From Lama glama (taxonomy: Eukaryota), in assembly GCA_028534125.1 (NCBI GenBank), contig CM052832.1, positions 14,014,001-14,078,000 of the forward strand: DNA of 64,000 bases, read 5' to 3'. The notes under the pieces are model-generated. The model was not told the DNA's origin, did no database searches, and worked only from the letters and a program-made list of their open reading frames with translations. The position numbers and the translations under genes were made by a program. Shown here one piece after another: positions 12,002-22,846 of the stretch (the stretch's first letter is position 1; each line of letters starts with the position of its first letter).

Positions 12002-15000
12002 GTGCTCTTCAAAACAAAATTGCTCTAGGGCAGTAAGAGAACAATAAGTCAGAGCTCCAGTTTAAGTGATGTTTTGCAGCAGACTGGGCTCACTTGATGT
12101 GGTTACACTCGGATTGCGCAGCAAAGCTCGGGTAATTTGGTTTGGTTTGACTTCGTGGGGTTTGGAGAACCTCCCCTCTTTAAGTTACGTAGACTTTAAC
12201 TCAAAAGAAAATGTTGTCCCTTTTTAACTTGCATATTTCTTTCTCTCCCAAAAAAGCCCTAAGTAGAAGCATCCTGTATGTACTTTTATTCTCTTTGGGC
12301 ACGTCATAGATCATTTACTTCCCGTAAATCATGCTGGTTGGAATTAGCAACAGACCTCCTGAGCCCTGGAGGCCGAGCTCCCAGTGAGTCATGATGGTTA
12401 TTATTAAATATTTATTAAGTGAGTATTTGCACTAAGAGATACAAGGTCAAAAGCAACCACAGGTCTTCCACAGCCAGGGCTGCTACAGTTTTCTTTGGTA
12501 GCAATTGTTGAGACCTTTAAAAAAAAAAAAACCTGAATCTGTAGGAACTAGGTGTGTCTGCATCTATCACCATGATGGGGGCCCTGCTGTGGCAATAGGC
12601 AAGCATTTCTGTGGCTCCAAGGTGGTGTGTGAGTTCTTGTCAGCAGTCCTGTAGAACTTGTCACACCAGTGTTCCAAGTTTAGAAACCAGTTAACTGAGT
12701 GATAGCCTTTGCTACTTGTAGATGTAAAGAATCCATGGGCTCTATTCTCCCTGAGGCTATGATACCTCCTCTTACTCTGACATTGCAGATAATGTCATAA
12801 TTAAAAGGTGATGGTTTTATATATACACATATAGATGTGTGTGTGTGCATGCATATTATTTTATCAATTTAAGAGTTTGTGGTACTGTGGGTAGTGCTTG
12901 TTCAGGGTCAACTTAAAAGACATTTTATTGGAAAAAAGATTAGTCCCTGTATAAGGTAGTAAGTATTTATAAAAGTTATTGCAAATTTTTACCTTCCTAA
13001 TAGGTGGCCACAAACATTGGGCCTGTCATTTATTGTCTCTCTCAAAGACCAGCTGCAGTGAGCTTTTGTTTTAAGCTTGCTTGCTTGCTTGCTTCACTTG
13101 TCTTTCTTAGCATGTTTATTAACAGCCAATCTTTTCTTTCCCAAATATGAAGAGTTATCACATGTAAAGAGAATTTCTGAGATTATTTTTATAATTTTAA
13201 TATCAAGTACATGCATCAGGCTGAAAACCTGCCTAGGAAACTGACACACAGGCAGGAATCCTTTGCAGAGTCTCTGGATTTCCTGTTTTGAAAACACATT
13301 GAGACTTGATCAACCAAAAACCACAACGAATGTACTGATAGTTTCCTCCCCCACTAAATGTGCTCTCCTTCAGGGAGGAAAGTACTTCTAACAATAAACC
13401 TCACACAAAAAGATCTGTCAACTAAATTGTGAGCTACTAAGATAATAAATTTCAATACTTGATATACTCCACAATATGTGGGCTGAAATTCACTTTGAAT
13501 GAAATCTCTTTTCATGAAAAGTGTCATCACATTAGTCTAAATTAAACTTTGGGGGTAGATTTTAAAATATTTAAGAACACAAACTTTTCAGAACTCTCAA
13601 ATTCTTTAGAAACATCAGCTCTTACTGTAGTAAAAATATCTTAAGCCTTGGATTCCCTGCAGACCCTCTCTAGAATGTATATATTTGAAAATAATAAAAT
13701 TGGAATTTATTTTGAAACTATTTTCCATTTCAAAAGAACTTTCACTGTATTGCAAGCTAAGTTGTATTTTATCTAGAACATTCCAAAAGTGAATATAACA
13801 GAGTGTCATCTGCATATATGAGAATGGGGCAAAGAACAAAATCTCTGTATGCCAGCTCCACCCTGAAAGCCAGTCTAGCTCTTGCACCTGTTTAGAGCAT
13901 CTGACTCAAGAGTCAGGCCTTCGTGAGTTTGGCCCAAGCTTCTTTGACTCCAGCCTATGGCCATGATGGGAGCAAATCAGTATGGTATTAATCCAAGTTA
14001 TTTAGAAAAGGGGAGAGAACTTCAAAGCATAAATGTCTATGTGACATCTTGGCCCCTAGTGTCTGTGCCACTGCTGTTTACTCTTCAGGGTTTCTCTCAT
14101 TTCCCAGGCCTGGGCTAAAGGTAACCCGATCAAATGATTAACTACAGGAATTAGTTTTGAAGCAGGTTTCTGGCCTATGTCAAGAGTTCTGATACTGGGT
14201 CATAGAATTGTAGAATTTTAGAGCTTTAGGGGACCTTTGAGATCAAGTAGTTCAAAAGTAAAGTAAGTTGGAATTGAATTTGTATTTGGAGAATAATTGT
14301 CTCATAGAATGAATGTAACAGAATAAGTGATTTGCAGTCTCTCTAAAGCAAGTTATTGATCTAAAGTAGAGCAACCAGTCTTAGAAAAGAAGCATTTTAG
14401 GAAATGGTTACACTCAAATCAAGGCCATTACATTACAGAAGTAGGAATAAAGACAAATTATCATATTGCTTGTTGACTGTCATGCAGTCATACAAGTCAT
14501 TCATTTTTCATACTGAGTCAAAGACCTAAATGGAAAGGAATGGTTATCCTTAATATTAAAAGTAGCTGGAAAGTTTCAGAGAATTGTTTATGCCAGAAAA
14601 AAAGTCTTAGCCAGTCAAGAAAAAAATACATATCTATATGTGTTTTTCCTATTTTGTCTTTAAAAAAAAAAACATAAAAGCCCCTTCTCTAATATGAAAT
14701 TACCCCTGGAATGAGCTGAGTGAGTCTGAATGGAGTGGGGAAGAAGTAGGCCCCAAGAAACTGACCTCTTCACTTAACATTTCAGAGGAGGTGGTTGAGT
14801 AATTTGATTTGTAAAGTTGTAGTAGACTATTGATTCCTTCACATTTTGCATTTATTACTCCACTAAGGGATATAGCTATGTTAGTTATTGATGATGCTGC
14901 CTTTGGGTTTTCCATTTCTATGCAAACATATTTGTGAATGAGATTAAGACTCTTAAAAAAAAAAAAAGAGCTTCTGTATTCAGTTAACCTTTGTATATCA

Positions 15001-15390
15001 CAGCCATTCAGCTGTTTTCAACCCAAGCATCTAAAGCTATGATATAGTCACAAATATTTAAGCCTTTATATGTTTGACATTAAATATGTGGCATTTTGAT
15101 AATTACCTATTAAATAACCTAGTATCTCTTGATCTTGTATTATAGGTGAGGAAACCTCTGTCATACAGTATGTTTAAATTAAACCTATGTTTCCACTTTA
15201 TTATCCACTAAGCTATCTTATTGATACCGTTATCAGTAATTATAAGTTTAAACTTAAACAGAAAGAAATATGATTTCATGTGAGACCACGTATGTCTCTA
15301 GATGAAATAAGGGGAAGTCCTCACTTATCACTTCCCTAAATTATCTAGTCATGAGCAGCTCTGTTGACCATCCTGTCTCCTCTCCCTCAG

Positions 15391-15547
15391 TCCACCTGGA
15401 AGGCCGCTGTGGAGGAAGGATGTTTGATTGCAGAGATGTAGGGTTCATCGTTGGCGAAGGAGAAGACCACGACATTCCAATTGGAATTGACAAAGCTCTG
15501 GAGAAAATGCAGCGTGAGGAACAATGTATTTTATATCTTGGACCACG
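15391..15547 (+). CDS. FKBP5: FKBP5 coding exon 6 (FK2 domain)
   Basis: Acceptor tctccctcag, donor CG|gtaagc. 157 nt reads (I)[51 protein letters not shown](R) and contains the FKBP51-specific D195-H196-D197 insertion. Phase matches exon 5 (A+TC=Ile). Confidence 0.98.
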
Positions 15548-17029
15548 GTAAGCAGCGTACCAGTTCAGTATACGGTGAAGTTATCTAAAGAACAGGGGTA
15601 CACTTGCTTTTTCACTCAGCGTTTTGGTATTTTCAGTGAAGTTAATGCCAATAATGGAAACAATTAATTAAATCAGGCTGCAGTTAGTGGAGTGAATTAA
15701 TGGGCCTTATAATATTACAGAGGTTTAAAAGCCTATTTACGTGATTGATGTGTGTTTAGGATAAGACTGACCAGCAAGTTTTGCTTTTCTTTGTTTTACC
15801 TTCCATATTGCCAAGACAGGTAGCTATTGGCCCTTCTCACTTGATTCTCTTACCCGCCCTCCCCTTTTCTGTAAATTAGGCAGGAGGCAGTGAAACATGG
15901 GGGTTGGAAGTAGAAAGAGCATTTGGATGATTTATTGCCACTTGAATTTGTGCCACTTGTTCTTATACAAAGTCCCTGAAAAAAGAGTGTTCTTCCTGGA
16001 TCTAAAGGCAGCGGAGATGACTCATTTTTGCCTGAAATTTTCCCATCATAAGGATATCCATTAGCACTTCCAAGCTTAGAACTATCAGACACTGACAGTC
16101 TCTCTTGTGAAAACATGTTTGGTATTATTTTTAGATCCAAAATTATACCATGAATCCAACCCTTCTATCTTGAGAAATGGACCCTTGAGAGAAACCAGGG
16201 TGTTTTGATTCTGATTGCGTGAAAGTGCATCTGCTTATCTGGTGTCTCCTCCCTCTCTGGCTCCTTGGATTTCAGTCAGTAGGATTTTTAGTTACTGAGA
16301 ATCTTGATGACCTGCACTTACCAATCGGTAATATTGTGCCTTTTGTACAGTCGCTTGCCTTTGTGTGGCCTCGGTAGTAATCCAGCGGCATATTTACCTC
16401 TGCCCTCACACTTGAGCCATAATCGTATTTCTCAAGTGACATTTTAGCCATGCCACTACCCACTTGAAAATTCTTGCAAAATGCTCTACACCTCCAACCC
16501 TTTAGAGCCTTCACTGAGGCAGCCTTTACTTAATACCTTCTTTTATTCTGTTATATTCCACTAGTGTATTCCCACCTCAGTGTGTTTTATTTGCATTTAC
16601 TGTGTATTTGTAGTTCACTCCTAAATGAACCTATTTCTCTCTTTTTATACAGAACTTTTTAAATGAGGTGGTGCATAGAGAAGGGTATCTCCTCCCTGTC
16701 CAAATAATATTTAGTTATTTTTATTCCAGCATTCCAAAATTGCAGTAGTTCTAAACTCATATAAAGAGAGTGATTTTTATGACCCATGTATGTTTGCAGA
16801 TTTAAGCTCCTTGAAGAGAAGTTCTGCATACATTGTGAGCAGATTATTGTATGAATCAGTTCATTATATTTTAACCTAGCTGACAAACCAGTTGTGGGAG
16901 CAGATGGCCCAAATTTAATGAAAGAGAAACAGGAATTATCCTTATATTTATTAATGCAAATTGTTCTTTGTAAGTTTAAACTATTTGTTGTATGATTAGT
17001 GGTTAACCCCACACACACCCCTCCCAACT

Positions 17030-17205
17030 ATGCAACTTACCATCTGTGTGCACTTGACTCTCCTAAGCCTCAGTTTCCCTTTCTGTAAAATGGAGATAAT
17101 GGTGTCTACCTCCTAAAGTTGTGGAGGCCTAAGTGAGATAATGCAGGTAAAGAACTTAGCAAAGTGCCTGGCACATCCTAACCCTCAGTGTACTAGCTAT
17201 TATTG
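17030..17205. mobile_element. MIR SINE (similar degenerate MIR cores at ~4500-4695, ~10960-11135, ~17930-18110)
   Basis: MIR core taagcctcagtttccctttctgtaaaatggagataat…gagataatgcaggtaaagaacttagcaaagtgcctggcaca. Confidence 0.8.
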
Positions 17206-18562
17206 CTGTTGTGATGACTGTTTTTCTCTTCCATTTTACCTTGAGACCGTAAGAAAAAGGAAACTCTGTTTTAACATACGGCAGATTTTTCAGATCTTTT
17301 GAGGCATAAAAGTAGTTGACAAGTTTTCATGAATTTCTAGGTATAAAAGGTTTTTTTCATACGTTTTATGGAAATAACTTAGCATAGTTAGAAAGGCTTC
17401 TGCTTAATATGTTGAGGAGTTATATAAAGTCTGCAACCTGAGACCGTCCACACATGCACTGCGTGAGGTTATCCATGCATGTAGAGCATCCCTGCCCACA
17501 GGTGCGTTGTGAGCCTGTGCAGTGAATTTGCTTGACTTACTCAGATTCCCACTTACAGAGACATTACATCTGCGTGTTGCTGTTGCAAATATATGTTGTT
17601 ATTCTCAATGTCATCTGTATTTCATTCTCTAAAAGATTTCCGGGGCATGTACCTCCTCTTGATTCTGATAGGTACTTTTGCAGGATGTTTTCACAATAAA
17701 TTCAAAACATACTTCCAGAGAACCCATTTTCTCGCTTCTCATTGGGAAGTGTCCTTATATTATTTTAAATACTTTGACTTAATATTTTTTGTTTTGGGTA
17801 AAGTATGGCTCATTTTAACTTTTTTCTTCCTTTTCTTATCTTCTGTCTTGCACCAATGCCAAACAAAAACACAGGCTGTCAAGAGCCATAGAGTCTAATT
17901 ATGAGGCAATGTGGTCAAAAAATAACAATTTTCTTGGGGGCAGAGTCCAGATTTAAATCCCAGCTCTACCACTGCCTCTTAATGTGACTCTCAGGAAGCA
18001 CTTCTTTCTGAGCCTCAGTTTCTTCATCTGTAAAAAGGGAGCAGTTGGTAAGAACTTAGGATACAAGTGCTTCTCATATGCACGTAAAGGCTTAATGGTC
18101 GTTAATAAGTCATTATTTGTATCTCTACTCTTTGCAGGCAGCTCTTAATTTAAAAACATTAATTCTGGATTGCTTCTGTTACTGTAGCCCAGCTTGTCTT
18201 TTAGTTAAGTCCTGGAATTCCATTTGTGGTGTGCTGTCTTTCAGTCAGATCAATTTGTGTGTCCTGGGTCCTTCCTTGCCCAGCCTGATCTAGCATAAGT
18301 CAGACAACTTTCCTTGTAATAGGAAGTCAGGTTAGATGCTTCCCAAACAGTTCGAGGTGAGCTTACACCTCCCCAGGATTATGTGCTCCACATACATCTC
18401 ACAGAATTTCTTCATTTGAACCCAGGAGAGATTGTAGAAATAAATCCTTTAGTCTTCTTTAATCCCATCAATGATAACCAGGACAATTAGGTGCCTCCTT
18501 TGACCCAGATCCACCAAATTCCTTGCCCCCAGCCATGAGCCCCCTGTCTGTAAGCCGCTCTA

Positions 18563-18795
18563 GGGCAGCTTTTCCCATCCTCGGCACTACTGACATTTTG
18601 GTCCAGATGGGCTAGATAGTTCTTGGTTGTGGGGGCTGTCCTGTGCATTGTAGGCTGTTTGGTAGTGTCCCTGGCCTTTACCCACTAGATTTCAGTAGCA
18701 CCCTCCTAGTTATGACAGACTCCAAATCTCTAGACATCCCCAGATATCCCTGATGGAAAGGGGGAATTAAAGTCACCCGCTGAGAGCTAGTGGAC
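18563..18795. mobile_element. MER20 hAT-Charlie fossil
   Basis: ctcggcactactgacattttgg…ttgtgggggctgtcctgtgcattgtagg…ccctggcctttacccactagat matches MER20. Confidence 0.85.
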
Positions 18796-20292
18796 TAAGG
18801 CAAGTGCCAGATCATCTGTTGGGTTGGTACCTGTCAGCACAGGGCTCCAAATTTAACATGCTGTCAGTAAACACATGCTCAGTAAGGACTCACCTGCCTA
18901 CCTGATTCCCAGCAGTTGAGGAATGTTCTTTATTTACCAGATGGCAGAAACAAAATAGGAGATATATTGGTCTAAGAGCCCAAAGTAGAAAACTAGTCAC
19001 CACTTCCTACAGCTGGCCACTGGTAATTATGTCCTCTTGTATTTCTTTGCTGAAGATACCCTTTGCCCTGCTATTAAAACCACCCCACCCCGTTCCTACC
19101 AGCTCTCACTGTATCTTTACGCCTCTCTCTGGCTCCAGCTTCCATGTTCTTGTGTAACAATGGAGGTAAGTGAGTAAGCATTTTCTTCCTGAAAAATTCA
19201 GGCAAGGGGTAAAGAAGAGGTGCAAGTGGCAAGAGATGAATGTTCCACTCTAGGCCTTTTGCCCTGGAGAAAACTGAAGGTATGAAGTATTCATATCAAC
19301 CTGGTTTTGGTACCTTTTCAGCTCATAGCCTGAAAGTTTGGGTTTACTAAGTTTTTTGCAATACTATTCTATAAGTCAAAGAGTAGTGTGGCTTAAAACA
19401 CACAGGAGCAGGATATGTTCCAGTGAATATTTTCCTAATATTTTGTGCATTGTTCTGCATCTGGAAAACCACTAACCCAGACAGGCGGAGGCTCCACCAG
19501 AATTTCCATTCCAGTGGACGTGTGCTCTCTCGAATACCTTGGATTTGTTAAAAATCTTAAATGGTTCGAAAAAACAGATTTACGTATATATTCCCAGTTA
19601 TTTTATTCAGTCAGTTTTGGCTAAAAGGTGTAGTGTTTTAGTTTTACAGCCAGAGAGCTGTGAGAACACAATGCAGTATTTCTCTTGATGAAGTGTTAGA
19701 GCTTACTGGGACTCTTCTTTTTGATTATATATTTGTTATATCATTGCTGTTTTCTAGTGTGCTTTCTAACAGTCTTGAAGACATACTGTGAGAGTGTATT
19801 TCCTTTCTGAGGTGTGAACCTTTCTCTCAGTTTATCTGACTGGAAGTGGTGCTTTTGGAAAGGAAGAGCACTTCTCACTTTAAAAACATACCTCTACCAA
19901 ACAGCACTGTAACAATTACAGTGGTTGTCTTCTGTCTTTCTGATAAAGCATCAGGAAGAGTCCTAATAAATAATGGCTTTTCTATAAAAAGAACTAGATA
20001 TAAAATCAAGCAGAGAAAGGCAGTGACATTTAAAATCACATTAAGCAAACAGGTGTTACATTACGTATCAATGTGAAGAAGAAAACTCAATCAAGCTTGG
20101 TTTCTTAAAACGTCATCGCAGTGTTGTCTGGCACCCTCTCTTCTGATCAACGTCTGCTTTGTCTTCAGGGTCTCGGATGTGTGTAGTTTGCAAATGATAG
20201 CTCTGTGCTAATGTGATGCCTCAAGATACCCAAGGAGGTGCGTGGAAATACACCAATTCTTTAAAGTTTTATTTTTTTACTCTCCATTTCAG

Positions 20293-20383
20293 ATATGGTT
20301 TTGGAGAGGCAGGGAAGCCTAAATTTGGCATTGAACCTAATGCTGAACTTATATATGAAGTTACACTTAAGAGCTTCGAAAAG
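20293..20383 (+). CDS. FKBP5: FKBP5 coding exon 7 (end of FK2)
   Basis: Acceptor ccatttcag, donor AAG|gtgaga. 91 nt reads (R)[30 protein letters not shown], with CG+A=Arg across the junction. Confidence 0.98.
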
Positions 20384-20592
20384 GTGAGAAAATACCAACT
20401 TCTCTGAAATCATGGCAGATTTCTTTTCCATCCATTTCCTATAAGTTGGCATCTGATAGTACCAGGTGGTGTAGATAGATGGTATTTGTGTGTGTGTTGT
20501 GTGTTACGCTTTTCATGACCAAGTGTCTCCTGTTGAGGTTGCTACCGCTGGAGTACAGGACAGCTGATACAGCACAGCTGATACACACCCAG

Positions 20593-20713
20593 GGAGCTCA
20601 GTGTTCTTGTTTTGTTCCTATGTGTCAGCCTTTTTTTTTTTTTTTTTTTAACTTTTTGGGTAGAATCCAAGACTTGTTCCCTTATTTGTTCTTAGACTTG
20701 TTCTTTTTGTACT
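20593..20713 (+). promoter_or_regulatory. Intron 7 hormone-response half-site cluster
   Basis: GGAGCTcagTGTTCT (20593-20607), TGTTCC (20613, 20675), TGTTCT (20687, 20699), TGTACT (20708). The position just after exon 7 matches the human intron 7 GRE region. Confidence 0.6.
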
Positions 20714-22704
20714 TTTTTCCTGGGTTGAAGACAAAAAGGTTCACGTTCTGCCAAGCAGCTCCTTGGGGGAGTGGGGTGCAGTTTCCAGGGCTGAACGGAT
20801 CGTACCCTTCACGGGAGTCGTGAAGAGGCCTTCACTGGGGCTGCAAGTTATTGTCCAAAATGCAGGGCTCTGTAGGCCACCAGGCTCTGTGACAAGGGAC
20901 ACAAGGAATAAACCTGTTAACCTGAGGCCTTCTCTTTTCATACCTGCCCAAGTAGAAAAAAGAACATTTGCCTCGGGGTCCAGAAGTGGCACACCTCTTT
21001 GAGCACAGTTCCATCTCAGACCCATTCGGGGGCTCCCAGCAGCGGCTGCACTGGGCAGGCACAGAGCACATGCCTGTTCAGGTCTGCTGTCATGTCCAGC
21101 CCCTCCTCCCCCAGGGGCCTCGAGAGCTGCGTTTAGTGTATCTTTTTTATCCCCACAGTGCCAGCTTCACGTTCTGTACTTTAAGCTTTGGACTGGAAAC
21201 GTGACTATTTCTTTTATTAGACTCAGAGAGGAAATCACGGTCCTGTAGGCCTCTCACTTTGGGCTAAGAAGGTCAAGGGAGGACTGCTTTGTGATCGTCC
21301 CCTAATGGTCATGTTCCTAATAATAACATGTTCCTCAAAACAAACATGCATTTGTCACGACCATCGCTTGTTGTCGGGTAATGTCATCTGAAGGCTCGCT
21401 AGCTCAGCACTGATCCTCCAAAGCTGCCTTCATAGCACAAAGTGGTTTTTATTTTTAAAGAGAGAAAATAACCCTTAGCATATGGTCATTTAGACCTCTG
21501 GCTTTCCTATTTCCATTTTAATAAAGTAACCCCTCACCACAGCCCAACAGACCTTGCACACTCAGAAGCCTTCTCACTGGGACCCACAGTGCACCTGCGC
21601 CTAGTCACGGCCCCCATGGGCAGCACTGCTTGGTGTATTTGAAGCTTTGTGAAGGTGTGTGTTGTTGTTGGAGGCAACATGATTTAGTTCTCTGCCTTGT
21701 AATAATAGATTTACACTCCATAGAGCCTAAACACAATATAAAAAATGCAGAGGGCCCTTACTAAGTAGATTTTTAAATAATAGAGCTAAATTGTTAGGAA
21801 TCAACATAGTATTGTCCAAAAGACTATAACTCATTATCTTCTTTTAAGGCGGGGAGCACTGGTATGACGCCAGGAATATACCACTAATTATCCTTTGAGT
21901 AGAGAATTTTACAGTTACACAGTTAAGCTTCCTAATTCTTCTGCAGTAAATAGCACAGACACAGCCATTGTCACCTTCCCTAAAGGACCCCACAGTGTTG
22001 TATTGACTGATCCAGACACTCATATTGAAAGTGCAGGTGTCCCTGATGGATGTCTGTAATGGTGGGGAGAAATGATACACATAATACAAATTAGCAGACT
22101 ATCGTGAAATCATTTGTTTGTCTTTGCATCACCTTCACCCTCCCAGTTATGTTTTGCTTGAGCTTCCCCAAGTATACATCTGCAGGTTGTTGCAGCTTGG
22201 AGGTTTTACTATATATGGTTGTTTTACAGTGGAGAAACAGCTGCCTGTTCTGGAATTTTTTAATTGTGTATGAATATACAACTGTGACTTGACTGTAAGA
22301 GTATTCCCATTTTAGAGTTGAAAAACAGGCTTGAGAGAAACAGCTTGCCTAAATTATAATAGCAGCTTAGTGGAGAAGTCTGCAGGAGGGAAATAAGGGA
22401 CCCTGGCTCTCCCTGTGTGGCCTCACCTCATAATTCTGGAGATTCCCTGTAACAGTGCTCAACAGTTCTTGTTCCTCAGTGTTTGTGCCCACTCCTCCCT
22501 GCTGAGCAGCACGGGTCAAGCACACTGTCATCATGGAAAGTGAGTTCTAGCCTGGTGCCCTGGCAAGGGCAGACAGTGTTAAAAGCCAGGGGCTTCTGAA
22601 GTATGGGTTGCCTTTAGGAGGAGAGATTGTTTGTTCTTATGGGCATCAGCTGGTGCATTTTCCATCTCTGTTCATCTAACCATTGTCACAAATTTATACA
22701 ACAG

Positions 22705-22788
22705 GCCAAAGAATCCTGGGAAATGGATACCAAAGAAAAATTGGAACAGGCTGCCATTGTCAAAGAGAAGGGAACAGTGTACTTCAAG
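22705..22788 (+). CDS. FKBP5: FKBP5 coding exon 8 (start of TPR domain)
   Basis: Acceptor tacaacag, donor AAG|gtgtgt. 84 nt reads [28 protein letters not shown] and includes the Hsp90-clamp residue K272. Confidence 0.97.
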
Positions 22789-22846
22789 GTGTGTGAGTCT
22801 TTGTACAGTCCTTTCCATCTCAAAGAATTTAGTCAAGTATCAGTGA
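22705..22846 (+). CDS. FKBP5: Candidate alternative terminal exon of the short isoform FKBP51s (exon 8 in a shifted frame plus read-through into intron 8)
   Basis: Joining exon 6 (…CG) to exon 8 (G…) gives [50 protein letters not shown](22844-22846). This resembles the human isoform-2 tail as I recall it. No transcript evidence is available here. Confidence 0.6.

Noticed and set aside
15589..15602. AGAACAggGGTACA half-site pair after exon 6, and other isolated half-sites (6755, ~21067-21082, 34642)
   Set aside because: Wrong spacing or orientation for an IR3 element. Isolated hexamers occur frequently by chance.
20479..21204. Cluster of overlapping ORFs in intron 7
   Set aside because: Explained by locally higher GC and a T-run (poly-Phe). 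There is no protein similarity, and the region is better explained as regulatory.
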